DNA of 64,000 bases from Eledone cirrhosa. Lineage: Eukaryota. The position numbers were made by a program, and so were the translations under genes. Where the stretch lies: positions 377,146,001-377,210,000 of the forward strand of contig OZ024743.1 in the NCBI GenBank assembly GCA_964016885.1, read 5' to 3'. Shown piece by piece: positions 26,531 to 38,494 of the stretch. The notes beneath the pieces were generated by a model, which worked only from the letters and a program-made list of their open reading frames with translations, searched no databases and was not told where the DNA came from. Each line of letters starts with the position of its first letter. Within the stretch, counting starts at the first letter, position 1.

Positions 26531-28385
26531 CACCGTTTTTACATACGGAGAAAGGAAGAAAAACACATGCCAACAATATATGATACATAGTTAGCAGCGA
26601 CTAGTTTTATCTAATTTTATATTTATTGCTTCTACGATAGAGAACGTCTGTCATTTTAGACAATTTAGGTAAAGCAGATATTATTAATCTATGATATACA
26701 AACGTTAGTAATATCAAACATGTTTTTCTCCTGTATGTAATGTAAACACAAAAGCCAAACTACAGAAATAACATACAAGATGAAACTACATACATAAAAT
26801 TCAAAAATTGAGAATGTTTAGGTCATTAACCTTAAAAGATATTAAGGAAAAACGGTAACAAATCACTAGATATGGTGTCTTCTTTGTTTGATATAGTTCA
26901 CGGAGCAACACAGACTTTAGATGAGAATGTTTGGATAACTTATAGAGTCAAACGACAATTTAGAATTGTACAGGAGTTACGATGTATTGTGTGGTTGCTT
27001 CTTTACAAACTATTTTCTTTATTTATTTATTCTTTTTTTCTCCTTCGAGCTGTTTTTGGAAGATTTATAAACATAAGTGAGAGATGATGTGCTTTTTGTT
27101 TTAGCGATAGCAATTAATCTGCAGTTTCAAAGCAAAAGTATTTCTATCGCGAGATAGACGGCGCGGGGTATGAAGGGGGTGTCTGTTCAAATATGGTATT
27201 GAGAAATTTGACATGAATTAATCGGTTTCTGTTAAGTAAATGTCCAAGAGAAAAGTGAAAAAATAAGAAGAAAGGAATCTATCTTCAGATAGGGCCAAGA
27301 AAATTATTTTTCTGTTGGTCTTTCCATTATAAATTCTGTCTATCGGTCGCAAATCCTGGAAGATGGAGGCGGGATTTAAACTCAGAGCACTTAGATTCGT
27401 ATAAGATATTGCAAAGCATCCCATCCGTTTGACTATTTAACAATTTCGCTAGTTCACCCACCATCCCTGGACTGGTATTTTATTAATCGACCCCAGAAGG
27501 TTGAAAGGTATTGTTGACCGCGGCGGGATTTAAACTCAAAGTTCAGAGAATTAAAACAAATTCCCTATCCTTTAACTTATCAAAAGTTCCCTCTATCTTT
27601 CCTTCTATAAATGCTGACTCTCAAGCCACCGCTGTGGAACCTGGGGTTGTGTGTTTGTATGTATATGTATGTATTTATATTTTTGTGTGTATTTGTGTGT
27701 ATATGTATTTGTGAATATGATGTGGATTTTAAAATGAAATGTTTTTTTTTAAAGTTTAGTCATGAAGAAAGAGCAGAGCCCATGACCAGGGTTAGGTTAG
27801 ATTTAGACCTTGGAGGCCCAGGGCACTTCGGATGGAGAGAGGGCTCATACACAAAAACTTAGAATACACAACAAACCACTAATTTTACATATTAAAGTTA
27901 ATAGGAATCGCAAAGTTGTAAATTCAAAAATTCTAACCATCCTAAAACTAAAAAGCCCGGCTGAGGCCTCCATTTTCTTATAATAGTGAGAGATATGGAG
28001 AGCGAGAGAGACGGAGGCAGTGAGAGTAAACTAGAAGGGCAATAAGAGAAACCCAGGTTTATATATAACACAGGATTGAGTCAATGTCCTCTACCACATC
28101 AAACCATATTAGCAAGATATGCTTGAAAACCACAAAACAGCACTATAACTGCATCACACGAACACATTTTAAGCCTTTACTTTCATCTACTGCCAAATTT
28201 TGACAAGAATCTGTCTACTAGTAAAGATACTATAAACGTTTGAATTAACAAACTTATTTTTTACATGTTCTGTTAAATCATTACAGGATGTTAAGAGTTA
28301 ACTTAATAATCATGCATGTTAAGGCAGTGAATTGACAGAGTCGTTAGAATATTGAATAGAAAGTTTTATGATATTCGTTCCAGTA

Positions 28386-28600
28386 CGCTTGAACTAAAGT
28401 ATGACTGAACTTGGATTTGCGGACAAAGAGCGCAGCTCCCTAATTCATAGTCTACAAATGGCTGCGATAGCTGGCACCTTCAAAATTTGCAGAACATTCT
28501 TGCGATTCAAGGGATGACAATTTCTTTTCTTTTACAACCTTGCCACCAGGAAGGTGGCCGGTCAAAAAAAATATACTCGAAATTAAGAGAAAGAGAAAAC
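28386..28600 (+). mobile_element. Very short 5'-truncated R4/Dong-clade copy
   Basis: Matches 32676-32889; followed by an (ATAC)n tract into which the full-length copy is inserted. Confidence 0.9.
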
Positions 28601-28665
28601 ATACGTACATACATATACACATACATACATACATACATACATCCATACATACATACATACATACA

Positions 28666-31600
28666 ATGGCGACCGTTGTGGTCAGTGTCCGATAATTGGA
28701 CGTGTGTAATTACGGCTTACATGAAGGCAACATACCATATATTGGAAAAAGTTGAGCTACATTACGCGGTAAGATTACATACAATAATTCTACATAAGTG
28801 TTTGAACTGTAAGTGTGTTGTAAAACACCTATTTATATGAACGATACATACACTTATGATATATGAACGATACATACACTTTAACATATAAATGCAACGT
28901 TGTTATATTACATTTATAAAGAAATATAAAAGTAACGTTTTCGATTCAGAAACAAAAATATAAGTGTTTGAACTGTGAATGTTGTGAATATGTTGTAGAA
29001 CACCTATTTATATGAATGATACATAAACTTTAACATATAAATACAGCATTGTTATATTATATTATATTCGTAAAGGAATATACTAAGTAACGGTTCTTTT
29101 TGTTCTCGATTCAAACGATTCAAGAACAACGTTTAAAACACAGTTGTAGAATTAAAAACTAACTGAAAAGAAATATTACCCAAGCTGTGAATAACTTTAA
29201 ATTTGATTCTGACAGAACTTTGTCGTAACTTTTAAAGAAGATCATCGACTATTTAAAAAAAATAAATACAAAATATTAGTGAATAGACGAACTCATCATG
29301 GCAAAAAGTACAAGTCTCCTTCGACCAAATCGCAATTACAACCGTTGTATACAGTGGAGCTACGAGCTTAACAAAGAATTATATGAAGCATACAAACAAT
29401 CTGAACCCCAAAAGTTCGGTTTTATGCAAAGGCTAAAAACTTTATGGAACTCCAAACACCCAGAATTAGACTTTTCTCCAAAGCATCTAAATGAACAGGC
29501 AAAACGTATCATTAGATGTAAATTGATACATCTAACGGAATCGAGTGATACTACAAATACAGCCCTTGTAGACAACCACCCCACCTCCACTGACAGACAA
29601 AGAGAATGGCCGGCTAAATCTAACAGTGAACAGCTCACCAACAATTTTGCTGAAATCCATCCCACTTCCACTGAAGAACAGCGAGAAAGGTCAGCTGACT
29701 CTAGTAGTAATTGTCACCACATCAACAACGAGGCTGCAATTCATGACTCTACTGAACAAACAGAGCACCAAAAACTTGTGGGCACCCTACAAGTGATATG
29801 GAACGATATGTTTCAAGAGATACACAGCCTTAATGTGAGTGACAGACCATACAACACTAGAGTCAGTAAAGAACCCACTAAATTGGAATTGGAAGCGGTG
29901 AACGAAATAGCTGGCAATTATCTGAAGGCTATACGATCTAAAGGTGTAGAAACGACATTTGAAACGCTCAATGTTTTGTTATATGTTTCAGCTGTCACAT
30001 TGCTATCATATAACACACATCTAAAACCACGCAATCAAGATACAAACAGAAAGCCTGAACCAGCGTGGATGCGAAATTTAAAAACCAAAATTTTGTCCCT
30101 GAGACGAAGTATCTCACACATCGCAGTCGTTATGAAATGCAACATAGAGAGAAACTTCACACGACACCAGGAAGACCTAAAGAAAAAGTTAGAGAGACGA
30201 TTTGGAGATACCAAATTTAAAACTTTGAACTCCAAATTACACCAGTTGAAACAACAACTCACAGCTACAACAGAAAGACTAAAATATAAGTCAACAGCCC
30301 ATAAACGACAAGTGCTAAATAGATTGTTTGCCAGAGATCCTAAATCAGTTTATCGCAGCTTCGGTGGCAAAAGCTCAATCCCTGTAAACGACACCCCTTC
30401 AAAAGAACAGGTTGAGAACTACTGGAGATCTGTATGGGAAACGGATGACGGATTCAACAGACAAGCTAATTGGCTAAAACAACTGGAACAGGACTACTGC
30501 CAACATGTCCAGACAAAACAATATGACATAGATGGGTCAATACTGGAAACAGCTCTACAGAAAATGTCGAATAGGAAATCGCCAGGCCCAGACCTCATTA
30601 CAGGATACTGGTTGAAGAATTTCACTTTCTATCGGCAAGATCTCATACGGCTGTTTACAGAAACCATTAAGGGCACACAAGAACTGCCCAGATGGTTATC
30701 AACTGCCACTACTCTCCTCATTCCCAAAAATAGCCAAACCACCCTTGCTAAAAATTACCGCCCAATTGCCTGCCAAAACATCATGTATAAATTATATACT
30801 GGGTGCCTTAACCTGTTCTTACAGGATCACTGTGCTACCAACAACATCATAACACCTGAGCAAGCTGGTGGAAAGAGGGAGGTGTGGGGTTGCATAGATC
30901 ACCTACTAACTAACAAAATGATTCAGGAAAAAACAACAAAGAATCGCAGAAACATGACTGTCGTGTGGCTGGACTATCAAAAAGCATTTGATAGTGTACC
31001 TCATGGGTGGATTATTAAGGCTTTACAGTTAGCTAAAGTCCCACAACCATTAGTAGCTGCTGTTGAACGCCTGACCAAGAACTGGTACACCAATTTGATC
31101 CTTAGAGGTGAGAAGGAGCAGGTTAAGACTGATAGGATACATTACCAGAAGGGCATCTTTCAGGGTGATAGCTTGTCAGTACTACTCTTCGTTCTCTCAC
31201 TGAATCCACTATCTTACCTACTCAGGAAACAAGGTGGACAAAGAAGTGGGCCCAGAAGTATCTCCCATCTTTTCTTTGTTGATGACCTGAAGTTGTATGG
31301 GCCAAATATCAATGACATCAAGAAACAATTGGACCTCATTACACAATTTTCAACCGACATCAAAATGAAATTTGGTGAGTCCAAGTGTGCATATTTGGCA
31401 GTAAAACGTGGAAGAGCTGTGCCCTCCTCTAGAAATCTAGATATGAACGGCCTGACAATACAACCTCTGCAGTCAGGTGACAACTACAGATATCTTGGAC
31501 AGGATGAGAATGTCAGATATGATGGACCCATAAATAAGGAGAGAACCAGAACTGAATACCTCAGAAGAGTAAAAAAAATATGGTCATCAGAACTGTCAGC

Positions 31601-32890
31601 ATACAACAAATACATTGCCCACAATACCTATGCTGTGCCAATTATAACGCCAACATTTGGCCTACTGAACTGGTCATTGCAAGAACTAAGTGAGATGGAT
31701 GTTAGAACTCGTAAACTTCTCAGTGTTACTGGGAACTTTAACATCAATGGTGATGTGGATAGGCTATACTTCTCACGCAAGGAAGGTGGCCGGGGTCTAA
31801 AATCAATATTAACAACATATGAGACCCGGATAGTAACACTGAAGCAACACCTTCAACAGAGGAAAAAGGTTGGCGACCATCTTGCTCAGGTTTATGAGCA
31901 TGAAAAAAGAAATATCATTAGAATAGCGACTGATCTGGAGGAGAGATATGGAATAAAGCCTGATATAAATCTCTCACCCAGAGAAATCGGAAGATCCTAT
32001 TCAATGTTCAAACAAGAAAAAAAAATTGACCAATTTACAGAGAAAGTTGTGCATGGATACTTGAGGCGTAAAACACAGACCATAGAGGGGATAAACCACT
32101 CAAAAAGCCTGGCATGGAGTTCCGACAAGTTTATGACATCACACCTTGAGGGATATCTCTATGCAATACAGGAACAAGAACTCCCTACCAAATATCTGCT
32201 GCACAAAAGAGGAGGGCCAGCAGCTGACAATAAATGTAGGCTATGTAAAACAAAGATCGAGGATGTAAGCCACATTGTTGCCAGCTGCGAAAGAATGTCA
32301 TCTCGCTACTACCTCCCCATGAGACACGATGGGATAGCTAGAACTATCTGGAACGCACTTCGGAAAACAAAATTAACAACAAACGAGGAAGAATATATTG
32401 AGACAGATGGCACTAAGGAATACTGGTGGAACCTGAAAATAAAAACTGCCACCAAATTAAAGCACAACCGGCCTGATATTGTAGTTTGGGACCACACATT
32501 GAAAACGTGTTCTGTTGTGGAGATCAGCTGCCCACTTGATGTAAACGTTGTCAGAAAAATACAGGAGAAGGAGGACATCTACGGACCATTGATGAGGAGC
32601 TTACAAATCCAGTATCCAAGATACACCTTTAGCTTCATACCCATCATTATTGGTGCTACGGGTTATATACCAACCCGCTTGGACCAAAGTATGACCGAAC
32701 TTGGATTTGCGGACAAAAAGCGCAGCTCCCTAATTCATAGTCTACAAATGGCTGCGATAGCTGGCACCTTCAAAATATGCAAAACATTCTTGCGATTCAA
32801 GGGATGACAATTTCTTTTCTTTTACAACCTTGCCACCAGGAAGGTGGCCGGTCAAAAAAATATACTCGAAATTAAGAGAAAGAGAAAACA
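28666..32890 (+). mobile_element. Full-length R4/Dong-clade non-LTR retrotransposon flanked by (ATAC)n
   Basis: ~630-bp 5' UTR with an internal ~165-bp tandem duplication (28793-29112), single ORF, ~80-bp 3' UTR, (ATAC)n at both ends. Confidence 0.9.
29298..32807 (+). CDS. R4/Dong-type ORF: N-terminal Myb-like region, reverse transcriptase, CCHC zinc knuckle, PD-(D/E)xK restriction-like endonuclease (1169 aa, uninterrupted)
   Basis: KSPGPD, NYRPIAC, LDYQKAFDSVPH, GIFQGDSLS, LFFVDDLKLYG, YRYLG; CRLC..SHIVASC..RHD; HNRPDIV..VEISCP..EKEDIY. Confidence 0.95.
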   Translation: MAKSTSLLRPNRNYNRCIQWSYELNKELYEAYKQSEPQKFGFMQRLKTLWNSKHPELDFSPKHLNEQAKRIIRCKLIHLTESSDTTNTALVDNHPTSTDRQREWPAKSNSEQLTNNFAEIHPTSTEEQRERSADSSSNCHHINNEAAIHDSTEQTEHQKLVGTLQVIWNDMFQEIHSLNVSDRPYNTRVSKEPTKLELEAVNEIAGNYLKAIRSKGVETTFETLNVLLYVSAVTLLSYNTHLKPRNQDTNRKPEPAWMRNLKTKILSLRRSISHIAVVMKCNIERNFTRHQEDLKKKLERRFGDTKFKTLNSKLHQLKQQLTATTERLKYKSTAHKRQVLNRLFARDPKSVYRSFGGKSSIPVNDTPSKEQVENYWRSVWETDDGFNRQANWLKQLEQDYCQHVQTKQYDIDGSILETALQKMSNRKSPGPDLITGYWLKNFTFYRQDLIRLFTETIKGTQELPRWLSTATTLLIPKNSQTTLAKNYRPIACQNIMYKLYTGCLNLFLQDHCATNNIITPEQAGGKREVWGCIDHLLTNKMIQEKTTKNRRNMTVVWLDYQKAFDSVPHGWIIKALQLAKVPQPLVAAVERLTKNWYTNLILRGEKEQVKTDRIHYQKGIFQGDSLSVLLFVLSLNPLSYLLRKQGGQRSGPRSISHLFFVDDLKLYGPNINDIKKQLDLITQFSTDIKMKFGESKCAYLAVKRGRAVPSSRNLDMNGLTIQPLQSGDNYRYLGQDENVRYDGPINKERTRTEYLRRVKKIWSSELSAYNKYIAHNTYAVPIITPTFGLLNWSLQELSEMDVRTRKLLSVTGNFNINGDVDRLYFSRKEGGRGLKSILTTYETRIVTLKQHLQQRKKVGDHLAQVYEHEKRNIIRIATDLEERYGIKPDINLSPREIGRSYSMFKQEKKIDQFTEKVVHGYLRRKTQTIEGINHSKSLAWSSDKFMTSHLEGYLYAIQEQELPTKYLLHKRGGPAADNKCRLCKTKIEDVSHIVASCERMSSRYYLPMRHDGIARTIWNALRKTKLTTNEEEYIETDGTKEYWWNLKIKTATKLKHNRPDIVVWDHTLKTCSVVEISCPLDVNVVRKIQEKEDIYGPLMRSLQIQYPRYTFSFIPIIIGATGYIPTRLDQSMTELGFADKKRSSLIHSLQMAAIAGTFKICKTFLRFKG

Positions 32891-33209
32891 ACATACATAC
32901 ATACATACATACATACGTGCATACATACATACATACATACATACATACATACATACATACATACATACATACATACGAGCATACATACGTGCATACATAC
33001 ATACATACATACATACATACATACATACATACATACATACGTGCATACATACATACATACATACATACATACATACATACATACATACATACATACAAAC
33101 ATATACACTTACACACGTACATACACATACAAATATACACAGGTGCAGGCGAAAACTCACAAAAAGACATTCATATTGACGCAAACATACAGACACGGAT
33201 ACACACACA

Positions 33210-33280
33210 TTCTCTCTCTCTCTATCTATCTCTATCTCTCTCTTTCTCTCTATCTCATCTCTCTCTTTTCTTTCTTTCGT

Positions 33281-33319
<39 letters not shown>

Positions 33320-33675
33320 CTCTCTCTCCTATTTCTTTCAACCTCTCTGTTAGGAGGGAAGAGGGAGAAAAGGAGAAAGGAGAAAGTGAGAAAGAAGAAA
33401 GTGAGAAAGAAGAAAGTCTGAGAGAGAGAGGGGGGGAAGAGGGAGAGAGAGAAGGAAAAGAGGGAGCGAGAGAAGGAGAGAGAGGGAGAGAGATCTGGCT
33501 AGAGAGGTATATATATATGTGTGTGTGTGTGTGTACAGAGAGAGAGAGAGAGAGAGAGAAGTAGAGAGAGAGAGAAGTAGAGAGAGAGAGAAGTAGAAAG
33601 AGAAAGAGAAGTAGAGAGAGAGTGAGAACTAGAGAGAGAGAGAGAAGTAGAGAGAGAAAGAGAGAGAGAGAGATG
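33210..33675. repeat. (TC)n/(TTTC)n then (GA)n-rich low-complexity block
   Basis: Directly visible. Confidence 0.9.
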
Positions 33676-33959
33676 TGGCTCGTTAAATATAGGAGATATT
33701 TCAAAACTAGATCTGGTTCGTTATTTGTGTATTTGTTTAAAGAAGGTTTCAGTGTTTTGAAAGCTGCCTTTTGACAATTAAGAATAAATTCACGGCCAGA
33801 TACTAACGGAAATCATTAGCAGTGCGTGCTGTCACGCTTCACTACTTCCCGACACCAACAGCACCACCACCATCACAAACACCATGACGACACCACCATT
33901 ACTAATACCACCACCACCGCCATTACAAATACCACCACCATTATAAAACATCACCACCA

Positions 33960-34125
33960 CGATTGTAAACACCACCACCATCATTACAAACACCACCACC
34001 ATCATTACAAACACCACCACTATCATTACAAACACCACCACCATCATTACAAACACCACCACCATCATTACAAACACCACCACCATCATTACAAACACCA
34101 CCACCATCATTACAAACACCACCAC
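33960..34125. repeat. 21-bp minisatellite (caccaccaccatcattacaaa)n, ~7.5 copies
   Basis: Directly visible; source of the HHHHHYK ORF. Confidence 0.9.
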
Positions 34126-34354
34126 TGTCAGATAAATACTCTACAGATACGAATGCTTATCTATGTTACTATTCATTATAGAAACTTACGCAATGTTGAT
34201 TATCAGGAAATTCGAGAATCAACTCCCTTCTCTAATCATCCTCACACACACTTACACACAAACACACACCGACACACACGTTGCAAACATTACAAATATC
34301 TTATTGCAACGCACATTCTGCTATCTCATTTTATAATTTTATTACATATATATG

Positions 34355-34468
<114 letters not shown>

Positions 34469-34509
34469 CAAACATACATAGACACGCACACGCACACTTA
34501 TAATATATA

Positions 34510-34589
<80 letters not shown>

Positions 34590-35163
34590 AACATACATAG
34601 TTATATGTGGAACTTAAAAAGCAGAATTTAGAATTTAAATCTCAGTTATTTTTCTAATATGAAACAAATGCGTCTGTCAATTTATTGGCAGCGGCTTTAA
34701 ATAGCTTGGCAATGTAATCTGTGTAGTTTAGAAAAGTGCATGTGAGGCGATATCTAATTAGCCGCCATAAAAACGTGTACAATTAAAACGAAATAGTCTC
34801 TGTGTCTCTTAATTATGTGAAGGATTTGACCTAAGAATTGAACCAGCTATTTCCAAATCTACTGCTTGGTATTATTAGCATGATTGCTAATAAACTACCA
34901 TGCATTAGTTAACATAGGGATGGAAGTAGATTGTTTTGAAATTCATAGAATTCTTTGTCTGTGTATCTTTGTATGTATGTATGTATATATGTATGTATAT
35001 ATGTATGTATGTATGTATTTATGTATGTATGTATGTGTGTATGTATGTGTGTATGTATGTATGATGTATGTTGGTATGTATTTTTGTATGTATATATGTA
35101 TATATGTATGATGGATGTTTGTATGTATGTGTGTATGTATGCATGCATGTATGTATGATGTAT

Positions 35164-35640
35164 GACAAAGGGCGGAAGAACTCATAAATGTCAACGGCCA
35201 TCCAAAAGTGTGTAAATATGTATATACACATGTACATATGTATGTATATGTATATGTGTATATGCATGGGTGCATGTGTATGTATATGCGCGGTGACATA
35301 GAAATAGTCGGGCTGGACACCCGATCGCGAGGTTAAACCACTGGGAGTGAAGGACCCCTAGACTTTCTCAGGGCATTCTTCTAGGAGAAGGCAACCCAGG
35401 AAACTGGGATAACTCCGACATAAAACCTGCGGCTCAGTAGTTACCGATGATGTTCATCTTTTCTTCTTTTCGGGTTATAGCTACTGTCGCTCAGAGAGTG
35501 GGATTGGCTCAGTGCACAGTCTTTCCTCACTTTAAACCATATCTTCACGCACAGGCATTGCACGATAGAATTAATTAATAATTATTAATAATGGTATATC
35601 GTGCAATGGCCATACTCGATAACGAGGGGACAGCCATCAT
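35164..35640 (+). mobile_element. Bipartite RTE derivative (same family as 17401-17976), TGTA-rich flanks
   Basis: Reverse-complement match to 17401-17862. Confidence 0.7.
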
Positions 35641-35734
35641 GTATGATGTATGTATGTATGTTTGTATGAATGTATATAAATATATGTATGTATTTACATA
35701 TGTATGTATATATGTATATGTGTGTATGCACATG

Positions 35735-35779
<45 letters not shown>

Positions 35780-37317
35780 ATGGATAGATGTGCGAATGTG
35801 TGCATGTACTTATTAATGCATGTGTGTATGTGTGCGTGTATGTGTGTATGTGTGTATGTGCGCGTGTATCTATGTACGAATAGATGGATGGATGTGTGAA
35901 TGTATATATGTATGCATGCATGCATGTATGTATGTACGTGTATGTATGAATTTATGTATATGTATGTGTATGTCTGTATGTATATATATATATATGTATG
36001 TGCGAATGTGTTTGTATATGTGAATTTATGTGTACATGAATCTATGTATTGATGTCGACAGACCTCCATCGGTTTCGACGATGAGTGTTTCAGTTGTTCG
36101 ATCTACGGAACAGCCTCCATATGATATTAACAAGTGATGAAGCATTCCACAAAGATTGTATGGAAAAGAAGCTTTCCGTTGATTTATGCGCAATCGTTCA
36201 TTCTTTGAATCTTAAAAATGTTTTACGGACATCGAAGGCTTCAGATATTGTGGCCATTTGTAGCTTATGAAATAAATATCGGTATTCTTTCAGCAAGAAT
36301 CCAAATTCAGTCATATTTAGGCCCATGGGTGATGGCATAGATCCTGTAGCCCCAATAACAAGAGGTATATAACCTGTTGTTTTAATAGATATATAACAGA
36401 AATTAATCGGTTTCCGTTAATTGAATTAGTGAATTTGTGTAACTTGTTGATATGTGAACTTATGATGCTGATATATGAACAATTTGCAATTGATTTGTCC
36501 CGATATCTACAACAGATTAGCGATTCTAGATGTAAACGTTTGCGTATTAATGAAACACGTGTAAGTTATATAATAAATATTAGTCCTTCAATTATAGAAT
36601 TTGGTGTATTCATGTAATTTATTAATTTCTCTTTCTCTCCCTTTCTCTCTCTTTCTCTCTTTCTCTCTTTCTCTCTTTCTCTCTTTCTCTCTTTCTCTCT
36701 CTTTCTCTCTCTCTATATATATATATGTGTATGTGTGTGTGTGTACAATATATATATATAATTACAATTTAGCTTCAGGCATAGTTGGAACTTCGTATTT
36801 CAGAAGAAATACGATATGTTTAAAATAAACATTTAGTGAGCCGTAGCTATGCCAAAACACCAGCGACTAACGCCGTCTGGCGGTGTCCATCAGAAGCAAG
36901 AGGGACAATCGTGGATGCGCATTTCGAACTGAACTGGTTCTCATCAGCACGATCGCTCCGACTCTTGCAACTGCTGGACTTTGAAAACAGGCGAGAATAT
37001 ATGGTTTTTTCATCTGTGTAAATGAGGTGATTAATCTTATATATATATATTATATTTGAAGAGCCCAGGATTCTTTTTACTTTGAGCTCATGAATTACAG
37101 GGACTAACGCGAGTTTCTGACTCCGTTACTTCATTTTGATATATTGCTCCTAACAACGGTTTCTCTCTCTCTCTGTGTCGAGCACCTTAATTTGAGTGGC
37201 TTTGGGCTGCCATTTATAGCCACTAGTCTACTGCCTCGTACATGTATTTCCTTCTCTCACGTGTTGCAAGTCAGTTACTTTAAGTTCTCTTAGAGATGTC
37301 TGGAATGTTTACACTTA

Positions 37318-37397
37318 ACACACGCTGATGAACCTGGGTGAATTCAATTCCAACACTGATTTCTGGCGAAACCTTCTCTCTAAGTTTGTACGTGTGT
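37318..37397 (+). ncRNA. Type-I hammerhead ribozyme within a ~500-bp non-coding unit (37055-37550) between (TA)n tracts
   Basis: acacacg-CTGATGA-acc...ggc-GAAA-c..g-TA-cgtgtgt; perfect 7-bp stem I. Confidence 0.7.
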
Positions 37398-37550
37398 GAT
37401 ATATAGTTATAAAGGTGGGTTGTTTCATTTTAATTTATATTTTTCGTTATAATGTATCTACCTCACTTTTCTTAGTTTATAAGTTCCATACGCTAGTGAT
37501 ATTCTCTGTAACTTGATAAACACACACTCTCATTCGCGTGTTTTCTTCTT

Positions 37551-37585
<35 letters not shown>

Positions 37586-37638
37586 ATATATATTCAACGA
37601 TATTAAATAAATGGAAACTATATTTATAAAACCATATT

Positions 37639-37700
37639 TATTCTATTATATATATTTCAAGGGTACCAACAACTTTGGTACGCTTTCATCAGATAAAATA
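37639..37700 (-). ncRNA. Type-I hammerhead ribozyme (inverted copy)
   Basis: Reverse complement of 37838-37899. Confidence 0.75.
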
Positions 37701-37837
37701 CAAAGTGGGTTTTATAAATTTGGACATAGCCAAGGAAACATACCTTATCAGTTGAATTTTCCTTGGACTATCCAAGAAAAATTCACCTGATGAGGTATGT
37801 TTCCTTGGCTATGTCAAAATTTATAAAACCCACTTTG

Positions 37838-37899
37838 TATTTTATCTGATGAAAGCGTACCAAAGTTGTTGGTACCCTTGAAATATATATAATAGAATA
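37838..37899 (+). ncRNA. Type-I hammerhead ribozyme
   Basis: tattttat-CTGATGA-aagcgtaccaa agttg ttggtaccctt-GAAA-tatata-TA-atagaata. Confidence 0.8.
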
Positions 37900-38104
37900 A
37901 ATATGGTTTTATAAATATAGTTTCCATTTATTTAATATCATTGAATATTTACTCCAGAAACTTGTCGAGTGCTCTGAATCAGTTATAAACATTTATATTT
38001 GTGAATTTCCAACAAATTAAATATCCCTTCTACTTATGATATATACATATATATATATAGTGACGAAACATAAGTCAATTGCATGAACTCATAATCCTTT
38101 ATTT

Positions 38105-38160
38105 ACTGCTATATATATTTCAATGATAGCCATTGAATGGCTATGACCTCATCAGGCAGT
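38105..38160 (-). ncRNA. Type-I hammerhead ribozyme (inverted copy)
   Basis: actgc-CTGATGA-ggtcatagcc..ggctatcatt-GAAA-tatata-TA-gcagt on the minus strand. Confidence 0.78.
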
Positions 38161-38308
38161 TAGTCAGTTCTTAGATATGCCAGCTCTGTGTGTATAGTGT
38201 TGATGGTATCAGAGCTTTGGGACATATCTAAGATTTCATTGCCAAGCTATTTAAAGCCGCTGCCAACAACACTATACACACAGAGCTGGCATATCTAAGA
38301 ACTGACTA

Positions 38309-38364
38309 ACTGCCTGATGAGGTCATAGCCATTCAATGGTTATCATCGAAATATATATAGCAGT
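38309..38364 (+). ncRNA. Type-I hammerhead ribozyme
   Basis: actgc-CTGATGA-ggtcatagcc attcaat ggttatcatc-GAAA-tatata-TA-gcagt. Confidence 0.8.
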
Positions 38365-38494
38365 AAATAAAAGATTATGAGTTCATGCAATTGACTTATG
38401 TTTCGTCACTATTATAACTCCGGAACTTATATCTTCGTTGAGTGCTCCCTATACGCATACTGAAGTACTGGATTTTACCAACATATATATATAT

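Larger units (their letters stand above)
37590..38038. mobile_element. Fold-back palindrome (~180-bp arms, 3-nt loop at ~37769) with a hammerhead in each arm, plus ~90-bp extension
   Basis: Arms 37590-37767 / 37771-37948; tail identical to 42961-43004. Confidence 0.85.
38057..38482. mobile_element. Fold-back inverted repeat (38057-38202 / 38267-38412) with a hammerhead in each arm, plus 70-bp extension
   Basis: Same family as the 15.1-kb terminus. Confidence 0.85.

Noticed and set aside
28666-28800. HDV-like ribozyme at the R4 element 5' end
   Set aside because: Could not fold a convincing nested double pseudoknot by eye; needs a descriptor search.
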